From: an uncultured Verrucomicrobiae bacterium
GTDB taxonomy: Bacteria; Verrucomicrobiota; Verrucomicrobiia; Chthoniobacterales; Chthoniobacteraceae
Length of the DNA stretch: 64,000 bases
Assembly: GCA_963769025.1 (NCBI GenBank)
Contig: CAVYKI010000004.1
Coordinates: forward strand, 1 to 64,000
Direction: 5' to 3'
Below the pieces are notes generated by a model. The model saw only the letters and a program-made list of their open reading frames with translations, was not told where the DNA came from and did no database searches. The position numbers and the translations under genes are program-made. Below, piece by piece: positions 1-8,894 of this stretch; position 1 is the stretch's first letter, and each line of letters begins with the position of its first letter.

Positions 1-584
1 GCGTTGATCGTCGTGGTCCCGCTGTAGGTGTTCGCCGTGGAAAGCGTGAGCGTGCCCGCGCCATTCTTGGTGAGCCCGCCGGTGCCGCTGAGAGTGCCGG
101 TGTGGGTGGTGTTCGAGCCGCCCGTGACGGTCAGCAGATTCCCGCCATTCACGATGTTTCCGCTGAAGCTGAGATCGCCGGTCGCCGCATTCCATGTCTG
201 CGCTGTGCCGAGGGTGATCGCGTTGGTGATCGTCTGCGTGTTGCTGCTGTTATTCGTGATCCCGCCGCCCCGGACCGTGAGCGTGGAGCCGCCGACCGAG
301 CCGAGCGTAAAGGCGCCCGCGCCGCTGTTGAAGGCGAGCGAGAGGATGTTCCAGTTCGCATTCATGTCCGGCGTGAGCCGCGTGTTCCCGGCGAACCGCA
401 CGTCGGCGGTGCCATCGTTCGCCGGCGCGCCACCGGTCCAGTTGGTGCCGGTGCTCCAGAGATTCCCCCCGCTCCCCCCATTCCACGTGAAAGTCGCCGC
501 CTGCGCCCGAGGGCATGCAAGCGGGAGCAGATGGGCGAGGAGCAACCCCGCAAGCAGGGTCCGATATGGCGATGGCGATGGCAC
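1..584 (-). CDS. Autotransporter-associated beta-strand repeat protein, paralog of the adjacent PEP-CTERM protein (3' end outside window)
   Basis: Not in the ORF track because it runs off the edge. Manual translation from GTG at 584 gives MPSPSPYRTLLAGLLLAHLLPLACPRAQAATFTWNGGSGGNLWSTGTNW...GGLTKNGAGTLTLSTANTYSGTTTIN: signal peptide, autotransporter passenger repeat, and strong similarity to 699..1850. Confidence 0.85.
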   Translation of the reverse strand, partial: MPSPSPYRTLLAGLLLAHLLPLACPRAQAATFTWNGGSGGNLWSTGTNWTGGAPANDGTADVRFAGNTRLTPDMNANWNILSLAFNSGAGAFTLGSVGGSTLTVRGGGITNNSSNTQTITNAITLGTAQTWNAATGDLSFSGNIVNGGNLLTVTGGSNTTHTGTLSGTGGLTKNGAGTLTLSTANTYSGTTTIN

Positions 585-602
585 TATGTCGGGCCGACTA
601 AG

Positions 603-618
603 AGCAGCATCGGTGCCG
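603..618 (-). promoter_or_regulatory. Putative sigma54 (-24/-12) promoter
   Basis: Minus strand CGGCACCGATGCTGCT = GG-N10-GC with GGCAC and TGCT, 19 nt upstream of the GTG at 584. Confidence 0.65.
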
Positions 619-698
619 CCCCCTATTTTGTTCTGCCGTCGAGGCTGCTTCTCGATGGGGGAGCGGGCCCCGAACCGGCCGGACCAGCTGGCCTCCGG

Positions 699-1850
699 TC
701 AACTTCGCCACAGCGGGGCGAAGCGCCTGCGCTCGCGCCAGCCGAGGGTCAGCAGGAGGGCGGCGGCGCCGAAGATGGTCGCCGGCTCGGGGACCGGGGC
801 GATGGTGGCGACCGCCTCGACGGTGTTGCCATTCACGGATTTGAATTCCGCGCCGTAGAAGGTGCCGCCGATGTTGAAGAGAATCTGGTTGGTGCTGCTC
901 CCGGCGGCAAACGGGGAGTCGGTGAAGAGCAACTGGTCGGTTCCGCCGGCCACGCCGTTCGTGCCGCTCCAGTTGAGGATGGTGAGCGTGAAAGTGTCGA
1001 GGTCGCTGGCGCCATCGAATGCCAGCACGCTGCTGCCGGTGCCGAAATCGAACGTCGAATCCGCGCTGAGCGTCACCTTGCCCACCGCCTCGCTGAAGCC
1101 GCCGGTGTCGAACGTGCCGCCTGCAAGCGCGATCTCCGTGCCGTCGCCGATGCGGTCGCTGCCGGCTGCACTCACGCCGAGCATCACGGTCCCGCCCGTG
1201 TTGACGGTGACCTTGCCCGTGCCGCCGAGCGCGCCGTCGGCATTCGCGGCGAGCGTGCCGACATTCACGGTGGTCGCGCCCGAGTAGGTATTCGCCCCGG
1301 TGAGCGAGAGCGTGCCCCCGCCATCCGCGGTCAGCCCGCCCGTGCCGCTCACCACGCTGCTGATGACCGTGTTCGAGCTGCCGGTGACGGTCAGGAGATT
1401 TCCGCCGTTCGCGATGTTCCCGCCAAAGTTGAGATTGCCGGAACCCGCGCTCCATGTCTGCGCGGCGCCGAGCGTGATGGCGTGATTGATGGTATCGGTG
1501 CCATTGCCGCTCTTGGTGATTCCGCCGGACTGGATCGTCAGCGTGAAGTCCCCGGCCGAACCGAGCGTGTAGTCGAAAGAACCGCTGTTGAAGCTGAGCG
1601 AGAAAATGTCCCAGTCCGCATCCATGTCCGGAGTGAGCCGCGAGTTCCCGTTGAAGGTGACATCGGCCGTGCCGTCGTTTACCGGCGCGCTCGACCCGGC
1701 CCAGTTGGCGGTGTCGCTCCAGAGGTCGCCCGAGGAACTTCCCCCGTTCCAGTTAAAGCCCGCGGCGTCGGCGCGCTGGGGCGCTGCCAGTGGCAGCAGG
1801 GTGAGGAGCAGGGCGGGGAGGTGGCGTCGGAGTCGGGAATGACATGGCAT
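699..1850 (-). CDS. PEP-CTERM sorting domain protein with autotransporter-associated beta-strand repeat
   Basis: Signal peptide, Gly/Thr/Asn-rich repeat (GGGTLSLTGANTYSGATTVNVGTL), C-terminal VPEP + hydrophobic helix + basic tail (VPEPATIFGAAALLLTLGWRERRR). Confidence 0.93.
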   Translation of the reverse strand: MPCHSRLRRHLPALLLTLLPLAAPQRADAAGFNWNGGSSSGDLWSDTANWAGSSAPVNDGTADVTFNGNSRLTPDMDADWDIFSLSFNSGSFDYTLGSAGDFTLTIQSGGITKSGNGTDTINHAITLGAAQTWSAGSGNLNFGGNIANGGNLLTVTGSSNTVISSVVSGTGGLTADGGGTLSLTGANTYSGATTVNVGTLAANADGALGGTGKVTVNTGGTVMLGVSAAGSDRIGDGTEIALAGGTFDTGGFSEAVGKVTLSADSTFDFGTGSSVLAFDGASDLDTFTLTILNWSGTNGVAGGTDQLLFTDSPFAAGSSTNQILFNIGGTFYGAEFKSVNGNTVEAVATIAPVPEPATIFGAAALLLTLGWRERRRFAPLWRS

Positions 1851-1865
1851 AAGAAATTGGAAGGC

Positions 1866-3599
1866 TTACCGCGCGGAGAGACCCCCCGTGCCTGCGATCA
1901 GCTCGCGCTCTTCCGGCTTGAGCCGGGCGAGGTTGATGTCGCGGACCTGCGTGCCCGCGAGCGCCTGCTCGCCACATGCGGCGAGCACCGCGGCGTAAAC
2001 GGCATGCGATCCCGGCTTGGCGCTCCGCCAGTCGGTCTCGATCCCGTCATAGACCTTGCGCGCCGCGGCGGCATCGCCATTCCGCAGATGCGCCAGCGCC
2101 AGCGTGGTGCGATAGGCGAGCATGTCCGGATAGCGGTTCACGAGCTGCTCCGCACGCTTCAGCGCCGGGCCGGTGTTTTCATTCAGGAGCAGATCCAGGT
2201 AGGCCAGATCGTTCTGCGGCTCGAACTCATTGGGAAACCGCGATGCGAATTCCTTCATCTGATCCCGCAGCTTCCGCGTGTCGCCGGCCTGCTCGGTCAG
2301 CAGGATCAAACCCAGGTAGCCCGCGCGCTCGGCGCCGGCGATGCCCGTGAGCAGGCGGTAGGCCTTCGCGGCGTCGTCGCGCATGCCGAGCCGCTCCGCA
2401 TATTGCGCGACGTAGAGCAGGGTCTTCGGGTCGGCGCTCCGCATGGCCTTCATGACGTCGGCCCAGTGGTCGCGGGATTCCGCTTCGCGTCCCAGCGCGA
2501 GGGCGGTGCGGACTTCGTAAAGGTTCCGGATGGTCGGATCAATGGGCAGCGATGCCTTGCCTGCGAGCAGCAACTGGAGGTCCTGCCAGCGCCCGAGATC
2601 GGCGAGCGCATCGACGTAGATGAGGAAGAGATCCCTGTTTCCCATCGCAGCCGCCAGCGGGATGAGGCGCATGACGCGACGCGATTCCTGCTGCTGGACG
2701 AGCCAGCGTGAGATCGTCGCAAGGCGTGCGGGATCGCCGTCGCGGACGGAGGCGATGAGGTCGTCGAGGCTTTTCTCGCGGCGCGCCGGCTCGGCCCGCA
2801 GCTTCCACGTCAGGCCGAGCAGGCGCAGTTCGTCTCCGGCGAGCGGATGGCTGCCGAGGCGATTGCCGAGCCGCCGGGCCTCATCGGGCGAAGGCGCGGG
2901 CTTGCATGCTTCGTTGAGCAGCAGCAGCGCTTCGATCCCGGCGCGATCGTCACGGGCCGCGATTTCCCAAAGGTGTTGTTTCGCCTCTGCCTGCTGCCCT
3001 GCGTCGGGCGCGGCCGCCGGGAGCAAAAGGAGGCGGGCGAGGAGCAGCTTTGCGTCGCCGCTCTCCCGTGCATCGCGCGCATGGGCCAGCGCCTCGCGGG
3101 CAAACCCGGCCGCCCGGCGCCGGTCGCCGCAGCGCCCGTGCCACTCGGAGGCGAGGAGCAGCGTGTCGAAACGGTGCGCGGACTGCGGTGCCTCCAGCAG
3201 CGCGACGAGATGTTTTTGCACCGCGGTGAGCTGCCCGCCCCGCAAGGCGAGCCGGATCAGATCCACGCGATCCTGCGGTGTGCCGTCCGGGGATTGGATC
3301 AGCATTTCCAAAAAGGCGATGGCCTGGGGATCGGCGCGTTCGCCCAGAAGCCGGGCGGTGGCGCGGGTGATCCGGGTGTCTTCCGGGGCGAGCGAATTCG
3401 CCGCGTGGAGCGACTGGTAGGCATCCGTCCACTGTCCCTTTGCGCCCTGCTGCTCCGCTCGCTCGATCAGCCGCCCGGCACGCCACGCCTTCGCCGCGCG
3501 GTAGGCGGGCTTCCCCGTCACCAGCACCACGAGCACGAGTGTGGCCGCCGAGATGCCGATCAGTACACGGCGCGATATTGGGAAAATGGTCATGGGCAC
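1866..3599 (-). CDS. Membrane-anchored tetratricopeptide-repeat (TPR-like) protein
   Basis: N-terminal TM helix followed by Ala/Leu-rich helical repeats (QNDLAYLDLLL, YRTTLALAHLRNGDAAAARKVY); lies in the operon with PEP-CTERM genes. Confidence 0.75.
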   Translation of the reverse strand: MPMTIFPISRRVLIGISAATLVLVVLVTGKPAYRAAKAWRAGRLIERAEQQGAKGQWTDAYQSLHAANSLAPEDTRITRATARLLGERADPQAIAFLEMLIQSPDGTPQDRVDLIRLALRGGQLTAVQKHLVALLEAPQSAHRFDTLLLASEWHGRCGDRRRAAGFAREALAHARDARESGDAKLLLARLLLLPAAAPDAGQQAEAKQHLWEIAARDDRAGIEALLLLNEACKPAPSPDEARRLGNRLGSHPLAGDELRLLGLTWKLRAEPARREKSLDDLIASVRDGDPARLATISRWLVQQQESRRVMRLIPLAAAMGNRDLFLIYVDALADLGRWQDLQLLLAGKASLPIDPTIRNLYEVRTALALGREAESRDHWADVMKAMRSADPKTLLYVAQYAERLGMRDDAAKAYRLLTGIAGAERAGYLGLILLTEQAGDTRKLRDQMKEFASRFPNEFEPQNDLAYLDLLLNENTGPALKRAEQLVNRYPDMLAYRTTLALAHLRNGDAAAARKVYDGIETDWRSAKPGSHAVYAAVLAACGEQALAGTQVRDINLARLKPEERELIAGTGGLSAR

Positions 3600-3620
3600 T
3601 TGCCGCGGGCGGAGCCGCGA

Positions 3621-4406
3621 TTACCGGCTGACGACTGGCTGCTTGGGGGTGAGGAGCGGTTCGTTGGAATAGTTGCTGGTGCCCGCGTCGCCGACGCCGG
3701 AGGCCGCGCTCGGGCTCTGGATTTTGCGCATGAGCGTCGCGGGGTCCGAGAGCAGGGCGGCGTTCACCGCGGCCTGCAACTGGGCAAATGAAAGGCCGGG
3801 CAGCGCATCGAAGGCCGTGCGGGCGATCGCTTCCGCGAGCGTCATCGGCGTGCCGTTGTCGGGAAGGGGAGGCGGGGCGTCTTCCCGCGCGCCAGGTCCC
3901 AGCCTGCGGCTCGCGGCGATGGTGATGACGATGACATCCTCCGAGGGCTTGCTCACCCCGTCGCTCGCGAGCGCGGCGCCGGGTGCCTGGCCCGGTTCGC
4001 GGCTGTCGGCCTGCTTGCCGTCCGGACCGCTCTTGTAATCAGGCGCGGACCCCTTCGCCTTCGCTGGCGTGATGCGGCGGTACGTCACCTGTTTCCACGG
4101 ATTCGGGACGGCGGAGGTCGCCGCGGTCACGATCTCGGGAGCTGCGGCTTGCGGGGAAACGCGCACGGCGGCGTCCACGATCGGGAGCACGCTGTCGGGC
4201 GACGAGCGGACGGCCTTGAAGACGATCGTGGAGATTTGCTTTGTCGCAGGATTGGCGCCGAGCGCTCCGATGGCCGCGGCGACGCGTGCGCCGTTCTCAT
4301 CCGCGGCGGCCGTGGCGGGCGGCGGGGTTCCGGGTTTGTCGGTTGCGAGGGTGGCACCGCCGCAAAGGCAGAAGCTCAGAAAGGTGGAAAGGAGTTTTTT
4401 CTTCAC
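3621..4406 (-). CDS. Secreted hypothetical protein
   Basis: GTG start, signal peptide (MKKKLLSTFLSFCLCGGATLA), Ala/Pro-rich helical body; first gene of the minus-strand operon. Confidence 0.7.
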   Translation of the reverse strand: MKKKLLSTFLSFCLCGGATLATDKPGTPPPATAAADENGARVAAAIGALGANPATKQISTIVFKAVRSSPDSVLPIVDAAVRVSPQAAAPEIVTAATSAVPNPWKQVTYRRITPAKAKGSAPDYKSGPDGKQADSREPGQAPGAALASDGVSKPSEDVIVITIAASRRLGPGAREDAPPPLPDNGTPMTLAEAIARTAFDALPGLSFAQLQAAVNAALLSDPATLMRKIQSPSAASGVGDAGTSNYSNEPLLTPKQPVVSR

Positions 4407-4421
4407 GGCTCAAGGCAAGAA

Positions 4422-4438
4422 AGCATTTTCCCGGCCAA
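4422..4438 (-). promoter_or_regulatory. Putative sigma54 promoter for the TPR/PEP-CTERM operon
   Basis: Minus strand TTGGCCGGGAAAATGCT = TGGC...TGCT with exact GG-N10-GC spacing, 16 nt upstream of the start at 4406. Confidence 0.6.
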
Positions 4439-4466
4439 CAAAATAATTTGTCTGCACGGGAGGGCA

Positions 4467-4482
4467 TGGCACCGCTCCTGCT
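4467..4482 (+). promoter_or_regulatory. Putative sigma54 promoter for the barrel/OPX/Wzc operon
   Basis: TGGCACCGCTCCTGCT, a close match to TGGCAC-N5-TTGCW, 18 nt upstream of the TTG at 4500. Confidence 0.7.
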
Positions 4483-4499
4483 TTCTCATCCGTGAGATT

Positions 4500-5777
4500 T
4501 TGAAAGCCCACATTTCCCAACACTCCCGTTTTCCCGGAACGCTCTGCTCCTTCGCGCTAGCCTGCCTCGCAGGTGCCGCGGTGCATGCGCAGGACTCCAT
4601 CCGCCCCTCAGCCATCAGCGCGGCGGCCGCGGATACCCGGCAGGGCGCGGCGTCCACGCCTCAGAGCAATTTCATGCGGCTGGGCCCCGTCGGCGTGGAT
4701 GTGTCGGCCGGGGTGGGACTGGAGTTCAACGACAACGTCGGGATTTCCGAAACGAACCGGAAGAGCGACTTCATTTTCCGTCCCAATGTGAATGTGGACA
4801 CCCAATGGCAGGTGAGCCCGCTGAACACCATCCGGCTCGGCATCGGCGTGAGCTACGCAAAGTACTTCAACAATCCGAAGCTCGACACCCAGGCGCTGCT
4901 GCTCAGCCCCGGGACGCAGCTGACCTACGACATCTACGTCGGCGAGCATCTGCGGCTGAACCTCCACGACCGGATCCAGATCACGCAGAACCCGATCGAC
5001 GAGACTTCGCTGAGCAACGTGCAGCGCTTCGCGCGCCTGCAAAATTCCGCGGGCATGACCGCCTTCATCCGGTATCCGGATTGGGATTTCGTCCTCGGTT
5101 ACGACCACTTCAACTACAACACGCTCTCTTCCGAGTTCAATTACCTGGACCGGACGGAGGAGCAGTTCTTCGCCAGCGCGCGGCGGCGCGTGACGGACGC
5201 GCTGGGCGTCGGCGTCGAATCGAGCGCGGCGCTCATCAATTACTCGGAAAAGGTGAACAACGACGCGACGTCGTGGACCGTGGGCGGATTCGCCGACACG
5301 ACGCTCTCGGAATATTCCAAGATCCGTTTCAGCGGCGGCTACCAGAAGCTGCAATTCAACGGAAACGGCACGACGGGGGACCGGAGCAATTTCGGGAGCT
5401 GGTATGCGAATGTCGCCGCCGCGCAGCGCATCAACCAGTACTGGAGCCACACCATCTCGGCCGGACGCGAGGGCCGCCTCGGCCTCTCGGTGAATTACGC
5501 CGACTACGTCTTTGCCCGCTACGCCGCGACATGGCGGATGAACGCGGCGATGACCTGGAGTTTCGACGCCTTCGTCGAGGACGCGAAGGAATCGGGCGGC
5601 GCGAACCTGAATGCCGAGCGGGCATTCCGCTGGGGCGGCGGTGTCGGGCTCGCGTGGAAAATCGCCAACCGCATGACGCTCGGCCTGCACTACACCTACG
5701 TGGACAAGGACTCCGACCTGGCGCTGCGGAGCTATTTCCAGAATACCGCCACCATTAGCCTCAACTACCAGTTCTGA
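4500..5777 (+). CDS. Outer-membrane beta-barrel protein (polysaccharide export/PEP-CTERM-associated type)
   Basis: Likely TTG start at 4500 (ORF track extends to 4149); signal peptide ending AVHA-Q; amphipathic beta strands; terminal beta-signal ISLNYQF. Confidence 0.82.
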   Translation: MKAHISQHSRFPGTLCSFALACLAGAAVHAQDSIRPSAISAAAADTRQGAASTPQSNFMRLGPVGVDVSAGVGLEFNDNVGISETNRKSDFIFRPNVNVDTQWQVSPLNTIRLGIGVSYAKYFNNPKLDTQALLLSPGTQLTYDIYVGEHLRLNLHDRIQITQNPIDETSLSNVQRFARLQNSAGMTAFIRYPDWDFVLGYDHFNYNTLSSEFNYLDRTEEQFFASARRRVTDALGVGVESSAALINYSEKVNNDATSWTVGGFADTTLSEYSKIRFSGGYQKLQFNGNGTTGDRSNFGSWYANVAAAQRINQYWSHTISAGREGRLGLSVNYADYVFARYAATWRMNAAMTWSFDAFVEDAKESGGANLNAERAFRWGGGVGLAWKIANRMTLGLHYTYVDKDSDLALRSYFQNTATISLNYQF

Positions 5778-5780
5778 GAC

Positions 5781-6455
5781 ATGATCCCCCGACTCTTCCA
5801 TCTCTGTATCGCTGCAATGCTGACGCTCGGCGCGCCGGCGCGCCTCCACGGCCAGGCTGCCCTGCGCGAGCGGGCCGAACTGCCTTCCGCGGTCGGCATG
5901 GTCGCCGGCACCACCTCGATGGAGGCGCTGGATAACAGCCGCAGGCTCGGAGCCGGCGACCGGCTCAGCTACCGCGTCGTGCAGGAAAGGCGCGCGCCAC
6001 TTTCGCTCATGGTCACCGATGGCGGTGAGGTCGAAGTCCCGCTGATCGGCCGCGTGCGCGCGACCGGGCGGACGTGCAGGGAACTCGCCGAGACGATCAA
6101 GCCCTTGCTCCAGCGTGAATATTTCATCCGTGCGACGGTCATCATCGGCCTGGATGCCGCGAGCTCGAAATCGCGCGGCACGGTGTATGTGAGCGGCCAG
6201 GTCCGCGCACAGGGGGGCGTCGAGCTCCCGCCGGAGGATCGGCTCACGGTGAGCAAGGCGATCCTGAAGGCAGGCGGCTTCGCCGAATTTGCCGACAAGC
6301 GGAAGGTGAAGCTCGTCCGCGCCCGGTCCGGTGGCGGCGTGGAGACCACCGTCGTGGACGTGGACGCGGTGCTGACCAAGGGACAGATCGACAGGGATCC
6401 ATTCATCCAGCCGGACGACCGGATCATCGTCCCGCAGAAATTCATCAACCTCTAA
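5781..6455 (+). CDS. Polysaccharide export OPX/Wza-like protein (PES + one SLBB domain, short form)
   Basis: RLGAGDRL..V, DGGEVEVPLIGRVRATGRT, VYVSGQV, AILKAGGF, IQPDDRIIVP motifs; 224 aa. Confidence 0.88.
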   Translation: MIPRLFHLCIAAMLTLGAPARLHGQAALRERAELPSAVGMVAGTTSMEALDNSRRLGAGDRLSYRVVQERRAPLSLMVTDGGEVEVPLIGRVRATGRTCRELAETIKPLLQREYFIRATVIIGLDAASSKSRGTVYVSGQVRAQGGVELPPEDRLTVSKAILKAGGFAEFADKRKVKLVRARSGGGVETTVVDVDAVLTKGQIDRDPFIQPDDRIIVPQKFINL

Positions 6456-6461
6456 TTCCCG

Positions 6462-8615
6462 ATGCCAGGCCCTTCTTCCCAATCCGGATCCGATTCGGCG
6501 ATCGCCAGCCGTCACATTCGCGCGCGGTTCATCCGCTACCGGATGTTGCTGCGCAAATACTGGTGGGTCGTCGCCTTCGGGGCGGCGCTCGGCGTCGGCA
6601 TCGCGTCGTGGTTCATCGCCGCTCAGAAGGCGGTGTATGTCTCCACCGCGCGGATGATGGTGAGCGGAAAAATCAACCTCCCGGATGGCGGTACATTCTC
6701 GGAGGAAATGTCGCATTTCATGAACACGCAGGGCGAGCTGATGAAGGACGAGGCCGTGCGCAACCGCGCCGAGGGCCGCGTGCGGACGGCGTCGTCCGAC
6801 GCGCACGTCAGCCCCGTCGCCCTGACGGTCGCGGCGATTCCGCAGACCTCCATTTTTCTGCTCACCGCCGTCGGCGCGGAGCCGAACTACACCCGGCAGT
6901 TCCTTGACGCCATCCTCACCGAGTACATCGCCACGCGGCGCGAGATGCGCACGCAAAAGGGCGAGTTTGCCGCGGGTGCGATCGACGAGGAAATCGAGCG
7001 CGTCACTGCCGAACTCCGCAAGGAGGAGGACCGGATGCTGTCCTTCCAGCGCGAAAACAAGACGGGCTTCCTCGAGCAGGAAGGCAATGCGGCCGCCGCC
7101 TATCTTTCAAAGCTCAACACTCGGCTCGCGGAGCTGAAGAACGAATCGCAGCTGCTCGACCTCCTCGAGGTGGACCACCAGATCGCCCGCGACCGGAAGG
7201 GCGGGGCAGGGGATCCCAGCGACCTTCGCGAGGCCGACCCGCGCATGTCGGCGGGCGGCGGTCCGATGCTCGAATACGAGCGTGCGCGCCAGAAGATAGA
7301 AATGTTCCGCGCCGAGCGCGCCAGCTATGCGCGCGATCTCATGGCGAAACACCCGATCATGGTCGAGCTCGACGAACAGATCGCCCAGCAGCAGCACCTG
7401 CTCGACACATTCCGCAAGCAAAGCACCGAGGACCTCAAGCGCCGCCGCGACGCCGCCACCCTCGAAATCCGCAATCTGGAAACTACCATCACGGACTGGG
7501 AGACGAAGGCCGGCGCGAACAGCGAACGGCTGAACCAGTACGCGGGCATCCAGACCGGCATCGCGCGGTTGCGCACGCAGCTCGAGACGCTCGGAAAATC
7601 GAAAGGCAACATCGAGATCACCCGCAACGTGGATCAGGAGATCATTTCCATCCGCCAAAAGGCGAGTGCCGCGGTGCCGAAGCGCCCCGGCTTGCTCGTC
7701 ACCCTCGCGACGGGGCTCGGCCTGGGCCTGCTCGCGGGCATCCTCGGCCTGGTGGTCATCAATCCGTTCGATGACCGCATCGACTCCGTCGTGGATTTCC
7801 AGTCCTCCTTCCCCGATCGCCTCCTCGCGACCATTCCGAAGGTCTCCATCGAGGTCGGTGCAGTGGATGTCGCCCCGCTCATGCCCGACGACGAACGGCA
7901 CACCTTTGTGGAATCCATGCGTTCCATGCGATCGTCGCTCTTCTTCCTCCCGGTCGAGGGGCCGGCGCCGAAGATATTCCTCGTCACCAGCGCCGCGCCG
8001 AACGAGGGCAAGAGCACCGTCGCGATGAATTTCGCCATCACCATGGCGATGTTCGATGTGCGCGTGCTGCTCGTGGATGGCGACCTGCGCCGCGGAGAAC
8101 TGCATGCCGCCTTTGATCTCCCGAATGACACCGGCTTTGGCGATGTGCTCACCGGGGACTGCTCGCTGCAGCGCGCCGTGAAGCCCACTCGCATCCCCAC
8201 GCTTTCGCTGCTCACCCGCGGAACGACGGTGATGAATCCCGGCGAGCTTTTCCTGAGCTCCGACACGGACCGTTTCCTGAAGGCCGCCGCCGCGCAATAC
8301 GACTACGTCATCATCGACAGCGCGCCGGTCACCGCCGCGGACGACACCTCGTGCCTGGCCCCGAAGGTGGACGCCACGCTCTTCGTCTTCCGCTTCGCCG
8401 CATCGAGCATCCGCATCAGCACCAAGGCGCTCGACACGCTGCGCGAGCGGCAGGTGAATGTCATCGGCATCGTGTGCAACGCCGTGGACGAGTCGCTGCA
8501 GGACTACTACTACTACCGCTACTCGGAATACGGCAGCAACACCGACGCAGGAAAGGGCAGCCCCAAGCTCCGCATCAAGAACGGCGGCAAATCCGAAGGC
8601 GCCCGCGCGGCGTAG
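6462..8615 (+). CDS. Polysaccharide co-polymerase / tyrosine autokinase (Wzc-like)
   Basis: Two TM helices flanking coiled coils; Walker A SAAPNEGKST, LLVDGDLRR, VIIDSAP; C-terminal Tyr cluster DYYYYRYSEY. Confidence 0.93.
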   Translation: MPGPSSQSGSDSAIASRHIRARFIRYRMLLRKYWWVVAFGAALGVGIASWFIAAQKAVYVSTARMMVSGKINLPDGGTFSEEMSHFMNTQGELMKDEAVRNRAEGRVRTASSDAHVSPVALTVAAIPQTSIFLLTAVGAEPNYTRQFLDAILTEYIATRREMRTQKGEFAAGAIDEEIERVTAELRKEEDRMLSFQRENKTGFLEQEGNAAAAYLSKLNTRLAELKNESQLLDLLEVDHQIARDRKGGAGDPSDLREADPRMSAGGGPMLEYERARQKIEMFRAERASYARDLMAKHPIMVELDEQIAQQQHLLDTFRKQSTEDLKRRRDAATLEIRNLETTITDWETKAGANSERLNQYAGIQTGIARLRTQLETLGKSKGNIEITRNVDQEIISIRQKASAAVPKRPGLLVTLATGLGLGLLAGILGLVVINPFDDRIDSVVDFQSSFPDRLLATIPKVSIEVGAVDVAPLMPDDERHTFVESMRSMRSSLFFLPVEGPAPKIFLVTSAAPNEGKSTVAMNFAITMAMFDVRVLLVDGDLRRGELHAAFDLPNDTGFGDVLTGDCSLQRAVKPTRIPTLSLLTRGTTVMNPGELFLSSDTDRFLKAAAAQYDYVIIDSAPVTAADDTSCLAPKVDATLFVFRFAASSIRISTKALDTLRERQVNVIGIVCNAVDESLQDYYYYRYSEYGSNTDAGKGSPKLRIKNGGKSEGARAA

Positions 8616-8621
8616 CGCTAC

Positions 8622-8894
8622 TCACTCGCGAATCTCGAAGCCGAGCAGGCCGGGGGGCGGCGGGACGACGGCGACGTCCACCTTTTTGATGTGGCTCTTG
8701 AGCTCACTTTCCTCGATGGCCTCGATGAACGCGTCCACTTCCTCCGTCTCGCCGTTCGCCTGCATTTCGACGCGGCCGTCGGGCAGGTTCTTCACCCAGC
8801 CGGTGACGTCGTAGCCGCGGGCGAGATTTTTCACCGACCAGCGGAAGCCGACGCCCTGCACGCGGCCCTCGAAGAACACGTGGCGTCCCGTCAT
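8622..8894 (-). CDS. acyP: Acylphosphatase
   Basis: MTGRHVFFEGRVQGVGFR...GWVKNLPDGRVE signature; start overlaps the upstream stop (ATGA at 8891-8894). Confidence 0.93.
   Translation of the reverse strand: MTGRHVFFEGRVQGVGFRWSVKNLARGYDVTGWVKNLPDGRVEMQANGETEEVDAFIEAIEESELKSHIKKVDVAVVPPPPGLLGFEIRE

Noticed and set aside
102..2711. Long ORFs antisense to or overlapping real genes (also 4608..6956 -, 10625..13378 +, 14770..16296 -, 51029..54622 -)
   Set aside because: Shadow ORFs expected in high-GC DNA; Arg/Ala/Gly-rich with no family motifs, while the opposite strand has clear genes.
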